Positions 32,809-43,640 of a stretch of 64,000 bases of DNA are shown piece after piece. The position numbers and the translations under genes were made by a program. Positions within the stretch are counted from its first letter, which is position 1; the number at the start of each line of letters is the position of its first letter. Origin of the DNA: Thermoplasmatales archaeon (GTDB lineage: Archaea; Thermoplasmatota; Thermoplasmata; Thermoplasmatales; Thermoplasmataceae); the NCBI GenBank assembly GCA_027310185.1, contig DAIDBH010000011.1, positions 110,451-174,450 of the forward strand. Direction: 5' to 3'. The notes under the pieces were generated by a model. That model had not been told where the DNA came from, ran no database searches, and saw nothing but the letters and a program-made list of their open reading frames with translations.

Positions 32809-33139
32809 CCATCCTCTACCGCTATTGTGAAGAACAACTGGGGAAAAATAGAATGGCTTTAAAATTCGAACCATTTTCTAATAATGATGTGGATACAGTA
32901 GATTGATATTTATTTTTGAAGTGAATTTTTTTTAAATCATCTTCATACATTTTTGATCTGACCTTTTTGTGGCTTAATCAGAACCATATAAAAGTAATAT
33001 AACTGAAATTTAGTTACAATTTTGTTCATCCTAAGTATATTAATTATCATCAAATTCTCATTAAATTCTTAAATAGTTTGTTGAAATCAGTGAAATGCCT
33101 GAAATAAATCCATCACCAATTCAAGTTTATTTACTCAGG

Positions 33140-33178
33140 CGCTAAGGTGTCTCGACCTTGCGGGAGTGTCTCGACTCC
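33140..33178 (+). promoter_or_regulatory. Twin hairpin element with identical GTCTCG loops (candidate cis-regulatory RNA or tandem operator)
   Basis: AAGGT-GTCTCG-ACCTT (33144-33159) and GGAGT-GTCTCG-ACTCC (33163-33178), 16 nt before the MFS ATG. Confidence 0.6.
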
Positions 33179-33194
33179 ATGGGTGTAAAGTAAA

Positions 33195-34643
33195 ATGGTT
33201 GAAAAAAAGACTCTGATACTGATTAGCGTGTTCATCGGGATGTTGATGTCTGCAATTGATACTACCATTGTCATTCTGGCATTGCCAACACTCACGGACC
33301 AATTGAAAGCTCCTTTCCTTGATACAATCTGGGTTATACTGATTTATCTTCTTGTGCTGGCAGCCCTCACGACGCAGCTTGGCAGGCTTGGCGATATATA
33401 TGGTAGAGGAAGAATTTTCAACATCGGCTTCCTCATATTCATAATCGGTTCTGCTGCTTCAGGAGCATCCCCGAATGTGTTCTTCCTTATAGGATCAAGA
33501 GCGTTCCAGGGGCTGGGTGCCGTATTGTTGCAGGGAAATAGCAATGCAATTATTGCAGATCACTTTGAGCCCATGGAGAGGGGGAAAGCTTTTGGATACA
33601 CATCCATGGGATGGAGCATAGGCGGATCACTGGGAATAGTCCTGGGTGGAATAATCACCACATTCATCGGATGGAGATACATATTCTACATCAACGTCCC
33701 GGTCGGACTGATCGGATTTCTTTTTGCATTTATGTATATCAAGGATAACAAGAGGAAGGAGACTAAAATTGATTATGCAGGTACCATTCTCCTTGTAACT
33801 TTCCTATCCCTGATAGCATACGGTGCTGTTGAAATAGCAGGAAGTGGGGTAACTTTCATAAATATATTGCTTGTGTTGATCGGTATAATACTGATCGTGC
33901 CATTCATTCTTGTTGAAAGATACGTCAAAGATCCAGTAATAGTTTTAAAAGCCTTCAGGAACAGGGTATTATCCTTCTCCCTTCTGGCAGCAACTCTGCA
34001 GGCAGTTGGATATCTCTCAGTACTCTTCATCCTTATAATGTATTTGCAGGGAATTAGGGGATTCGATCCACTTGATGCTGCTCTTCTACTGATACCGGGT
34101 TATATTATATCAAGCCTTCTTGCACCAAAGATGGGGAAGCTTTCTGACAGGATCGGTCCGAGAACTGTTTCTGCAACGGGAATATTCCTCATGGCTGGTG
34201 GTGTTCTTGTATACCTTGCGATGGGAATAAACACCTCCCTTTACCTGGTGATCATTGGTTCAATCGTAACCGGATTTGGAGGTTCAATGTTCTGGCCTTC
34301 GAATAATGCTGCTGTGATGTCTGGGGCACCGAGAGAACTATATGGTTCCATTTCCGGCCTGTTAAGGACCCTTTCCAACATCGGCACACTTTTCAGCTAT
34401 GTAATTGCCATTTCCATATCTGCCCTGGCTGTTCCGCGTTATGTAGCATTTGAGATCTTTCTCGGGAAGGCCAAACTGGTTGGTGGTGTATCTGTTTCAT
34501 TTCTTGGAGGAGTTCATGCTGCACTCTTAGCGAGTTTTGTCATTCTCATTGCTGCAGGCCTGTCCGCACTGGTCAGGGGGAAGAAGCAGAAGGTGGATAA
34601 CACAGTAAAAGAAATATGGGCATCACCGGATGGGAAGAAATAA
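33195..34643 (+). CDS. MFS drug:H+ antiporter (DHA2, EmrB/QacA-like)
   Basis: DTTIV..ALP, GRLGDIYGR, RAFQGLG, GWRYIFYINVPVG; ~14 TM. Confidence 0.92.
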   Translation: MVEKKTLILISVFIGMLMSAIDTTIVILALPTLTDQLKAPFLDTIWVILIYLLVLAALTTQLGRLGDIYGRGRIFNIGFLIFIIGSAASGASPNVFFLIGSRAFQGLGAVLLQGNSNAIIADHFEPMERGKAFGYTSMGWSIGGSLGIVLGGIITTFIGWRYIFYINVPVGLIGFLFAFMYIKDNKRKETKIDYAGTILLVTFLSLIAYGAVEIAGSGVTFINILLVLIGIILIVPFILVERYVKDPVIVLKAFRNRVLSFSLLAATLQAVGYLSVLFILIMYLQGIRGFDPLDAALLLIPGYIISSLLAPKMGKLSDRIGPRTVSATGIFLMAGGVLVYLAMGINTSLYLVIIGSIVTGFGGSMFWPSNNAAVMSGAPRELYGSISGLLRTLSNIGTLFSYVIAISISALAVPRYVAFEIFLGKAKLVGGVSVSFLGGVHAALLASFVILIAAGLSALVRGKKQKVDNTVKEIWASPDGKK

Positions 34644-34765
34644 CCGGCATTAATTTACATGGGCACCTCGATTCATACATAATTTTATGTTATGAAGCAA
34701 TATTCCTTCGCATAATTGTGTTATGAAGGGTGTAGTTTCTGACGAATAAGGTATATAGTCTCAAT

Positions 34766-35956
34766 GTGATGTTCCAGAGTCTTCTGTTCATATCAGTTGG
34801 AAATCTCATTGAAGCATCCTATTCTCCCCTGGACAAGATCATAAAGGATCATTTCCTCATCGATTCCGCAATGGTTGGACTGCTGACCAGCATTATATTC
34901 ATTGGTCTTGCAACTGTTTCCCCATTTGTTGGTTATTTTGTAGATCATCTTGGAAGCTTCAGGGCAATAAAGATCGCGTTCCTGGTAATGGCAATCGGCT
35001 CAACTCTTGCGACCCTTGCCCCGAATTTCTATGTTTTCGTTGCAGGTTTCTATGCCATAGGGCTGGGATACGGTCTTGTTACACCGGCAACAAATAATGC
35101 AGTGATGAAGACCTATTATCCTTATCATGCTACCCCCATGGGCATCAAGCAGTCAGGCGTACCCATAGGCGCATCTACTGCAGCAATACTCCTACCATTG
35201 ATTTCCATCAGATATGGCTTTTTTGCCCCATTCATAATACTGGCTGTAATAGCTTTCATCTTCTTCGTATTCATAAAAGGTGAAAAGCATGAGAATACAA
35301 ATCCCATAGACTTCAAGGGTTATCTGAAGGAGATCAGGGGTGCATTTGGCAATGGACGATTCATTGCCATAAACGTTCTTGTTGCTGCAATGTCGTGGGG
35401 GCAGCAATCCCTGCTTACATATGCTGTTCTATTTACGAGCTCCATCGGATTCAAGTTATTCACTGCGGAAATCCTCCTGGCAAGCATTCTCGTGGGTTCA
35501 TTCATAGGCAGGATATTCTGGTCTTCCATGAGCAGCAGACTGTTTCCAAACAGGAGGGTCCTGTCCCTGATCACTGTAATGCTCCTCTCATCACTGTTCT
35601 TCTTTATTTACTCTTTTCTAACATTAGATTTCTATCTGGCAATAGTAATGTCCTTCCTTCTCGGACTGACTGCCATTGGATGGAATGGCGTTTATATAAC
35701 AGTGATATCGGAGATAGCACCGAAAGGAAAGATCGGTCTATACAGTGGCCTGGGCTTGCTGATAATTTCATTTGGAACAATCCTTGGTACTCCATTTTCC
35801 GGTTATATAAGCGATTACACCCATAATTATTCCACCATATGGCAAATTCTGGCAGTGGGTATTTTTGTTGTAAGTATCATCCTGTTCATTCTATCCAGAA
35901 AGATACTTGAAGGAAGGGAGAAACAGGAAAGCGAAATCACCACAGTAATGAAGTAG
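34766..35956 (+). CDS. MFS transporter (12 TM)
   Basis: GYFVDHLG motif A, GIKQSGVPIG, GYISDYT; start position uncertain. Confidence 0.85.
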   Translation: MMFQSLLFISVGNLIEASYSPLDKIIKDHFLIDSAMVGLLTSIIFIGLATVSPFVGYFVDHLGSFRAIKIAFLVMAIGSTLATLAPNFYVFVAGFYAIGLGYGLVTPATNNAVMKTYYPYHATPMGIKQSGVPIGASTAAILLPLISIRYGFFAPFIILAVIAFIFFVFIKGEKHENTNPIDFKGYLKEIRGAFGNGRFIAINVLVAAMSWGQQSLLTYAVLFTSSIGFKLFTAEILLASILVGSFIGRIFWSSMSSRLFPNRRVLSLITVMLLSSLFFFIYSFLTLDFYLAIVMSFLLGLTAIGWNGVYITVISEIAPKGKIGLYSGLGLLIISFGTILGTPFSGYISDYTHNYSTIWQILAVGIFVVSIILFILSRKILEGREKQESEITTVMK

Positions 35957-36043
35957 GTCACTTTATTATTTGCTCGAATTCACGCAGGCAATATATAGGC
36001 TGGGTACATTTATAATTTCATTAAGCATGTTTACAGGATAATC

Positions 36044-37642
36044 ATGGAAAATATAATGGATATTGCAAGGAATCTTGGAATTGATCAGGAATACATAGAG
36101 AATTACGGAAAATACATGGCAAAGATCAGCCTGAAGGCACTGGATAAGGGGAACACAAATGGCAAGCTGATTCTCGTTACTGCAATGACACCTACAAAAT
36201 ATGGCGAAGGAAAGACAACAAATACAATAGGTCTCTCCCAGGCATTCAGGAAACTTGGAAAAAAGGTTTCGATCAGCATCAGGGAGCCTTCAATGGGACC
36301 CTGCTTCGGCGTTAAGGGAGGGGCAACAGGCGGTGGGAAATCAAAGGTTGAGCCATCAGATAAGATCAATCTTTTATTCACAGGAGATTTTCCTGCAATC
36401 ACCGGCGCTCATAATCTTCTTTCATCAATGATACAGAGTCATATCTATCATGGGAACCAGTTGAGGATTGATCCAGAAAAGATAACCTTTCCAAGGACAA
36501 TAGACATGAATGACAGATCACTGAGGGACATGATCCTGAATGCGGGTGGAAGGGAGAATGGGCCGCTCACAAGAGACAGTTTCGTTATAACTCCAGCATC
36601 GGAAATAATGGCAATTATGGGATTCTCAATGGGGTATGATGATCTTGTACGGAGGTTGTCGAAAATTCTTGTTGGTTACGACTTTGATGGAAAGCCAGTA
36701 TATTCAGGAGATTTGAAGGCTGAAGGTGCAATGGCAGCAATCCTATCGGACGCAATCAAGCCAAACCTTGTCCAGACAACGGAAGGTGTACCTGCTTTCA
36801 TCCACACAGGACCATTCGGGAATATAGCCCATGGAACTTCAAGCATTCTTGCAGCGAAAATGGCACTGAACTACAGTGATTACGTTATAACAGAAGCAGG
36901 ATTTGGCTCTGATCTTGGTGCAGAGAAATTTATCAACATGGTATCAAGAATTGGAAATCTTGAGATATCTGCAGTTGTTATTGTGGCAACTATCAGGGCA
37001 ATGAAGCTCCTGGGTGGAAGTGAGGATATGGATGGTATTTCTAAGGGTTTCATGAACCTGAAGCGTCACTATGATAATATCACAAACTTCGGGTTTCATC
37101 CTGTAGTTGCAATAAACAGGTTTGCCTCTGATACCGATGAGGAGATACAGTTCCTTGATGATCTCCTGAAAAAGAACGGCATGGATTACCAGCTATCTGA
37201 AGTCTTCACGAAGGGAGGTGATGGTGCTATTACCCTGGCTAAGAATGTACTTGAGAAATGCGAGCAGAAGAACAGCGACATCAGGTATACCTATAATTTC
37301 AACGATACCATAAGAAGCAAGGTTGAGTCTATTGGTATGAATATTTATGGTGTGAAGGAGGTTGAATTTTCCAGGAAAGCGTTATCAGACATGAAGAGAA
37401 TTGAAAAGAATGGATATGCTGGTCTTCCCATCTGCATGGCAAAAAGCCAGTATTCCCTGAGTGGTAATTCCCCTGGAAATGATGATAACATACTCAAGGT
37501 TACTTCAGCTTCAGTAAGTTCAGGTGCAGGGTTCATTGTTGTATATTCAGGTGACATAATGACCATGCCAGGGTTGCCAAAGGAACCTGCTGCATGCAAC
37601 ATCCACATTGATGGAGAAGGGAATATATACAACCTGGAATAG
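36044..37642 (+). CDS. fhs: Formate--tetrahydrofolate ligase
   Basis: TPTKYGEGKTT, GVKGGATGGG, HTGPFGNIAHG, TEAGFGSDLGAEKF, MTMPGLP. Confidence 0.96.
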   Translation: MENIMDIARNLGIDQEYIENYGKYMAKISLKALDKGNTNGKLILVTAMTPTKYGEGKTTNTIGLSQAFRKLGKKVSISIREPSMGPCFGVKGGATGGGKSKVEPSDKINLLFTGDFPAITGAHNLLSSMIQSHIYHGNQLRIDPEKITFPRTIDMNDRSLRDMILNAGGRENGPLTRDSFVITPASEIMAIMGFSMGYDDLVRRLSKILVGYDFDGKPVYSGDLKAEGAMAAILSDAIKPNLVQTTEGVPAFIHTGPFGNIAHGTSSILAAKMALNYSDYVITEAGFGSDLGAEKFINMVSRIGNLEISAVVIVATIRAMKLLGGSEDMDGISKGFMNLKRHYDNITNFGFHPVVAINRFASDTDEEIQFLDDLLKKNGMDYQLSEVFTKGGDGAITLAKNVLEKCEQKNSDIRYTYNFNDTIRSKVESIGMNIYGVKEVEFSRKALSDMKRIEKNGYAGLPICMAKSQYSLSGNSPGNDDNILKVTSASVSSGAGFIVVYSGDIMTMPGLPKEPAACNIHIDGEGNIYNLE

Positions 37643-37720
37643 GTTATTTATAGAATTCAAACTACATAAACCTATTTTTCACATCGATCATTTAAAAAAC
37701 GTGTATGACGATGCAGGATA

Positions 37721-38653
37721 ATGCAGAAAATGAAGATTGGAAACAGCAAACTCGAGGCAACAAGAGTGGGTCTTGGATGCTGGCAGGCCGGCCTGAGAGG
37801 ATGGGGAGAAGATTATGGGGACAACGACGTAATAGACGCGATTAAATTCTATGTTGAGAATGGTGGAAATTATCTCGATACTGCAGAGATCTATGGAATG
37901 GGCCATTCTGAGGAACTCATAAGACAGGCATTATCAGAGATTCCAAGAAACAGGTATATAATTGCAACAAAAGTGAACCCGCCACATGTTAAGAATTATA
38001 AGACAATGGAAAGAAGCGTCAAGGGTAGCCTTGAAAGACTTGGTATTGATAAGATCGATCTGTACCAGCTGCACTGGTACGAGCCATATGTTCCAGTTTC
38101 AGAGATCATGCACTCAATGGAGAGGCTGAAAAGTGAAGGAATGGTCGATCAGATAGGTGTCTGCAACCTTTCAAAGCCTGTTCTCAAGGATGCAGTGGAT
38201 AGCATGAAGGATTATTCAATTGTGTCTAACCAGATGGAGTACAGCATTCTTGAAAGAAACATAGAAAGGGAGCTTGTACCATATATGAAAAAGGAAAATA
38301 TCACCCTGATTCCATACAGCCCTCTCGCAAAAGGTCTGTTGACCGGTAAATATAACAGTGGAGCCATACCACAGGATAATATCAGGAAGGGGGATGAGCT
38401 TTTCAACAACCCTGAAAACAGGAAGATTATGAAACCTGTACTGAATGAACTGGGCAAATTGGCTGAAGAAAAGAAATGCTCAATGGCACAGCTATCCCTT
38501 GCCTATCTGCTTCACAAGAATTGCCTCATAATACCAGGGGCCAAGAACAGGACACAGGTAGAATCCAATATGGGTGCAGATTCAGTCAAGTTATCGAAGG
38601 AAGATATGGAGAGAATTGACAAGATATCAAGTGTGGAATTCATATACGCTTGA
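37721..38653 (+). CDS. Aldo/keto reductase
   Basis: GLGCWQ, DTAEIYG, IATK, DLYQLHW, YSPLAKGLLTGKY, IPGAK. Confidence 0.93.
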   Translation: MQKMKIGNSKLEATRVGLGCWQAGLRGWGEDYGDNDVIDAIKFYVENGGNYLDTAEIYGMGHSEELIRQALSEIPRNRYIIATKVNPPHVKNYKTMERSVKGSLERLGIDKIDLYQLHWYEPYVPVSEIMHSMERLKSEGMVDQIGVCNLSKPVLKDAVDSMKDYSIVSNQMEYSILERNIERELVPYMKKENITLIPYSPLAKGLLTGKYNSGAIPQDNIRKGDELFNNPENRKIMKPVLNELGKLAEEKKCSMAQLSLAYLLHKNCLIIPGAKNRTQVESNMGADSVKLSKEDMERIDKISSVEFIYA

Positions 38654-38785
38654 ATTAAAATTCTTCTTAACATTTAATATAAAAGTAATACAAAAACTAT
38701 CTTCCAATAGGTAGTTTCATTGTTGACATTCAAAAATAAAAATAAATGCTGTTTTTTTTCTAAAATATATAAATTAAAAATTTAT

Positions 38786-39310
38786 TTAATTGACTACCAC
38801 ACCGACATTAGGAGTGAACACTTTTGAGTTTATGTTCAAATCCTGTGTCAGGTTGAAGTCAATTACCATGTTTACATCTCCATGGGCGGCTACCTTGAAT
38901 GGGTGGTTTATGAATGCAAAGGGAGCATTTAGAGTAAAGTTAATACTCACGCCAAGTAGGTCAACTGATACGTTGGTTATATACAGTCTAATCATTGTAT
39001 ATGTGCCTGCTTTTAATGTAATATTTGTCAACAGTGATGCGTTTGTAGTTGTTAGTCCAAGTATGTCTATGGTCGTTGATTTTACACTGTAATTTGTCCA
39101 TCCGGATACATTGCTATGCAATGAAACCTTGCTGAACGTTATGAACACACCTGAAACACCTAGATTCGGTGCATCTGCCACTTTCATCGCGACGTGACCG
39201 TCATTGGCTGCTGCCTGTGAAGCCTGGTAATATACCAGTCCTGTCAGTCCAGCGGCTATGATTATCACAGCCACAATTGCTGCTATATATTTTCCTTTCA
39301 TAATCATCAA
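38786..39310 (-). CDS. DUF4382-like membrane-anchored protein
   Basis: TM anchor; V.DAP, GTYTMIRL and VIDFNL motifs. Confidence 0.7.
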   Translation of the reverse strand: MMIMKGKYIAAIVAVIIIAAGLTGLVYYQASQAAANDGHVAMKVADAPNLGVSGVFITFSKVSLHSNVSGWTNYSVKSTTIDILGLTTTNASLLTNITLKAGTYTMIRLYITNVSVDLLGVSINFTLNAPFAFINHPFKVAAHGDVNMVIDFNLTQDLNINSKVFTPNVGVVVN

Positions 39311-39537
39311 TCTATTTCATATTTAAAGGGGTTGTGGTACAATCTATAAAAGGTTTGCAAAAGTTGCAGCAGTCTTGTCAAAAGAAGGAAATTTATTTCT
39401 CCCTATTTCCTGCTCTCATTTCGGAATAGGATAAATGTTTCAGAAATTGGTACATTTGGACTTATAAATGACGACCAGTACATTCAGATCAAATGCAAAT
39501 ATCAATATGATTGGTTTCAATCAACCTGTACAGGTAA

Positions 39538-41001
39538 ATGCAGAGAATTTATGACCCTATTGAGGAAAAGAAATCACTGGCAATCAGGTTGATTGAAAAT
39601 GGTTATTTCAGTGATGCCATAAGAATAGTAGATGATGTTCTGAAGGTTGCACCATCAGACCCTGACACAGTATACCTAAAATCTTTACTGCTATCCAGGA
39701 CAGACAATAAGGAGGAAGCCCTCATCTGGGCTGAAAGGAGTGTTAAACTGAATCCTGAAAATTCAAATTCACTCCTTATAAAGGCAAAATTACTCCATAA
39801 ATTCTCATTCTACGCTGGGTCTCTCCAGATACTCAAAGAGGTATACAGAATTAACAGCAAGGACACTGAAGCCTTGGATCTGATGGCAGACATATTTATG
39901 AAAATGGGCAGGTTTAAGGATGCCTACAAAATTGCAATGAGATCAATTTCCATTTCACCATCCTCATGGAATGCTCACCTCTCTCTTTCACGATACTTCG
40001 AGCACGAAAAAATGGAAAAGCAGTCCCTAAAAGAACTGGAGATGGCAATCAGGTTCAACCCAGGCTCAAATGTTCTTAGGATGGAGAAGATAAGAAAGCT
40101 CTTGAAAGCGAAAAAAAGGGAAGAAGCTGGGAGGGAGATAAACAGGAAAGGATTTCTTGATATCAGGGGAACATTCATGGAAATCCTTGTAAAGATAGAA
40201 TTTCTGAGGGAAAACAATTTCCTGGAGCAGGCTGAGGATTTATGCAAGAATGCACTTATTGAATGGCCCGAAGAAGACCTTCTTTACTTTTCCATGGGAG
40301 AGATCAGCTATGATTCATCCAGGAAAGAAGAATCCGTTTCCTATTTCAGGAAAGCATTTTCGCTCGATCATAATGAATGGTACCTGAATAGATTGACAGT
40401 GGTACTTTATGAATTGGGTCAATACCAGGCAATAACCGAGCTCTATAATGATGGGAAAATGATACCCCAGGATTCAATCCATCCAGTGCTGGAATCTTTC
40501 ATAACAACTGGAAATCTGCCAGGCATGATCAGTATGATCAAGTCAAATATTGCACAGATTGATGATGGGGACATTTCATTCATCATTGACAAATGTATAG
40601 AGAAAGATCTAGTCTATTTCATCTTTGATGCAGGTTTACTCTTCAGAGAAACCCATATTTTCCCCTATTATGTAAAATATTTAGTGTCCAGAGTCATGAA
40701 AGGAAAAGATAGGGACAGTATCATAATTTCAGCTAATGAAAAAAGTGAATTTCTATTCATGGTACTCAGGAAGTTAATGGGAGGGGACTTCGATTCTGTC
40801 GAGTCAGAAATGTATATTTTTTCACCGGAAAATGGTGACGGAGAAAAATGGATATCCATATTATTTTACTTCGCCAGAATGAATCAATATGGCACTGTGA
40901 CCACCGAGTCAGAACTTCATGTCCTGACATTAAAGTATGGAACAGAATACGTTTCAAGCGCAATAAGTCTACTGAGAAGTATTACCCGGGTGAGAGAATG
41001 A
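39538..41001 (+). CDS. Tetratricopeptide repeat protein
   Basis: Repeated TPR units ending in (L/F)NP/SP turns. Confidence 0.85.
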   Translation: MQRIYDPIEEKKSLAIRLIENGYFSDAIRIVDDVLKVAPSDPDTVYLKSLLLSRTDNKEEALIWAERSVKLNPENSNSLLIKAKLLHKFSFYAGSLQILKEVYRINSKDTEALDLMADIFMKMGRFKDAYKIAMRSISISPSSWNAHLSLSRYFEHEKMEKQSLKELEMAIRFNPGSNVLRMEKIRKLLKAKKREEAGREINRKGFLDIRGTFMEILVKIEFLRENNFLEQAEDLCKNALIEWPEEDLLYFSMGEISYDSSRKEESVSYFRKAFSLDHNEWYLNRLTVVLYELGQYQAITELYNDGKMIPQDSIHPVLESFITTGNLPGMISMIKSNIAQIDDGDISFIIDKCIEKDLVYFIFDAGLLFRETHIFPYYVKYLVSRVMKGKDRDSIIISANEKSEFLFMVLRKLMGGDFDSVESEMYIFSPENGDGEKWISILFYFARMNQYGTVTTESELHVLTLKYGTEYVSSAISLLRSITRVRE

Positions 41002-41096
41002 TCATTATGTACATTACTTTTTCATTAATGCATTGTTAAGTGAAATTAATTTACAAATATACAAATATCTATATAAAGAGTGGATATTATCAGATA

Positions 41097-41462
41097 ATGA
41101 CTTCACAGGCAAATTTAAGATATCTCCTTACAACAATAGGTGCAGTTCTATCGGTAATTTCAGGCATACTTGTATTGCTTGCCATCTTTATAGCAGGCAT
41201 TGGTGGAGTAGCCTCCCTCATCTTCTTCAACCCTGCCGGGTTTGCCATTATAGGTGGTTCAATTGTTCTTGCAATCGTACCTATTCTCTGGATAATACTT
41301 GCTATTGTTATTTATAATGCAGGACACAAGCACAGGAGAAGGGGCAAAGTGGAAAATGGCGTTCTCATTGTTGTGCTGAGCATAATAATACTCTTCCTTG
41401 GTGGTGGATTTGTAATTGGTCCAGTACTTTCAGGGATAGGAGGATTTCTGCTCATACTGTAG
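41097..41462 (+). CDS. Small 4-TM membrane protein (DUF4064-like)
   Basis: GGGFVIGPVLSGIGG; ATG 41097 preferred, downstream of a TATA-like tatataaa. Confidence 0.7.
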   Translation: MTSQANLRYLLTTIGAVLSVISGILVLLAIFIAGIGGVASLIFFNPAGFAIIGGSIVLAIVPILWIILAIVIYNAGHKHRRRGKVENGVLIVVLSIIILFLGGGFVIGPVLSGIGGFLLIL

Positions 41463-41559
41463 TGTTAGAATATAGCACTTCAATCAGGTTTCCTGCAGGG
41501 TTTCTCATAAAGCTGGAGCAACGTTATTGTTCTCCAAAATTTAAATATTATAGGGGCAT

Positions 41560-43521
41560 GTGCCAAAAGGAACTAAAATTATGCAATATTTCAGGAGAGC
41601 AGGATCAGGCATCAAGTCCCGTCTCTACAGATTGGAAACCTATGAATTCTTCGTTATATGTGCAATTATAGTGTATACATTCTTCTGGTCAATGATTGAT
41701 ATTCTTCAACAGCTCAATCTTCAGCAATACGTGTTTGATTCCGGGATTATTTCTCTCACCATGAATTCAATCATTCATTTTCATTATGCACAGTACATCC
41801 TTTACATGACCGGGTTTTCACTTCTCAGAATAATCTTCAGCCCGCTTATACTGATCGATGGAATAACAGGCATGCTCATAATCCAGGAGATATTCCTGGC
41901 TCTCCCAGCCATAATTTTGTATAAGATTGCCAGAAGAAAATCAATAAACCAGTTTGCGTCCATGATAATAGGCATTTCATATCTGCTGTATTTTCCACTG
42001 GCAGGCCTGAACTATTTCAGTTTCCATTTCCAGTCATTTTTCATTCTTTTCTTTCTTGTGGGATATTACCAGCTTCTGAATGGTAAATATGTATCATCGT
42101 CCATCTTCCTCTTTTTATCAGGAATTGTAAGATTTCCATACATGTTCTTTCCAGCACTTCTCATGTTCATGATACTGATTGAAGCATACATGGATCGCAG
42201 GAAGACGATAAAAAGGAAGATGGATTCTATTGTTAAATATTCTCTCGTGAGTCTAGTAATCTTCACCTCAATGCTGGTAGTTTCATATTTCCTGATATTT
42301 TATTCACCATATTACTTATACCAGAATGGGTATTTCGACGGATATTTCCATCTCAAGAGTGGAAGCATCCTAGGTCTTCTATTGACAAATATAGATGATA
42401 AAGTTCTTCTTGCAGTCCTTATCTTTTCACCTCTTCTTCTCATACCTTTGAGATCACTGAAGTGGATGATATTTACGCTCCCCTTCTTTTATATTGCATT
42501 CTTCAACAATTACAGCGTTTACTATTATCCTTCATTTTTTCATTTCCAGTACGTGGCTGCAATAGCTCCATTCATATTTCTTGGACTTATTGATGGCCTC
42601 AGGAAGGAACTTCCTCCTGATGACAGGGAAAAACAGGACAGGCAAAAGGCATACATTTCTCTCAGGAGGCTGAAGAATACTATCAGATCACAGAAGAAGC
42701 CCATAGCCGTGATGGCAGCGGTAATCATGTTTGCAGTTGTGTTCCAGCCATACAGTCCAATAAATGCATACTCAACCAGACCTTTCGAGATGGATATTCT
42801 GCATCCGAACCTGAAGGTTTATAATGACTATATCAACATAACTGACCTGATCCCGCAAAATAATTCTTACGTTCTTTATCAGAATAACATGCCCTATATG
42901 GACATCCATGATCCGTCACTTTCATGCCTGGAGGCATTTCAATCTCTAACCGGATACAACAACAATCTGAGCTACAGGCTTCAGAATCTCACGCAAACAG
43001 AAAACGTGGATTATGCCATGGGATACGATGTAAACTGTTTCAATACAGGTAGTAGTCTGGACATGTGCCAGGCCATGAATATACTCTATGCAAGGGGAAA
43101 TTATGGGATCGAAGCATTTCAGGATGGGTTCATATTGCTTGCCAAGAACTACAACAGGATGCCTGTTTATTTCACACCCATATCATTATTTGAGAACTGC
43201 ACAGTTCTATCGCACAATGAAAAGAAATCAATGATGACATTTTCCACACAAATAATGATTCCTGGCATTTACTCATTGAACATAACTTTTCCCGAGGGCA
43301 CGAATTCATCAAGCGTTCATGACATGAATATCACCGCAAAATCTGTTTCTGTCATTTCTAATGTTACATATTCAAGAACTACCATATCAAACAGGATTTC
43401 TGTACTGCATCTGCAATTCAAGTTCAATTCATTTATGAGTAACCCGGTAATAGAAATATCATTCCCTGAATCCGATTATAACAAAACAATGTATGTTTCT
43501 CTGAATGGGCCTTTTCCATAA
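41560..43521 (+). CDS. DUF2079-like GT-C fold membrane glycosyltransferase
   Basis: FDSGI, YLLYFPL.G.NYF.FH, FQY.A...PF; multi-TM plus a C-terminal external domain. Confidence 0.7.
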   Translation: MPKGTKIMQYFRRAGSGIKSRLYRLETYEFFVICAIIVYTFFWSMIDILQQLNLQQYVFDSGIISLTMNSIIHFHYAQYILYMTGFSLLRIIFSPLILIDGITGMLIIQEIFLALPAIILYKIARRKSINQFASMIIGISYLLYFPLAGLNYFSFHFQSFFILFFLVGYYQLLNGKYVSSSIFLFLSGIVRFPYMFFPALLMFMILIEAYMDRRKTIKRKMDSIVKYSLVSLVIFTSMLVVSYFLIFYSPYYLYQNGYFDGYFHLKSGSILGLLLTNIDDKVLLAVLIFSPLLLIPLRSLKWMIFTLPFFYIAFFNNYSVYYYPSFFHFQYVAAIAPFIFLGLIDGLRKELPPDDREKQDRQKAYISLRRLKNTIRSQKKPIAVMAAVIMFAVVFQPYSPINAYSTRPFEMDILHPNLKVYNDYINITDLIPQNNSYVLYQNNMPYMDIHDPSLSCLEAFQSLTGYNNNLSYRLQNLTQTENVDYAMGYDVNCFNTGSSLDMCQAMNILYARGNYGIEAFQDGFILLAKNYNRMPVYFTPISLFENCTVLSHNEKKSMMTFSTQIMIPGIYSLNITFPEGTNSSSVHDMNITAKSVSVISNVTYSRTTISNRISVLHLQFKFNSFMSNPVIEISFPESDYNKTMYVSLNGPFP

Positions 43522-43640
43522 TTTAGCACCTTGAAAATAATATTACCTGTTTTTCAGCTTTTCATATTATATTTAAGCTTTTCATGCTAAAATTATATCT
43601 AAAAAAATTTTAAATACTATAATTAGAATATATAGTAATT

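Noticed and set aside
33144-33178. Twin hairpin as a CRISPR array or intrinsic terminator
   Set aside because: Only two units with 19-nt period, no spacers, no cas genes and no U-tract
39486-39500. Reverse-complement near-match to ATTTGCATCTGATCT at 56018
   Set aside because: A 15-mer with one mismatch is plausible by chance in AT-rich intergenic DNA, and its position relative to gene starts differs
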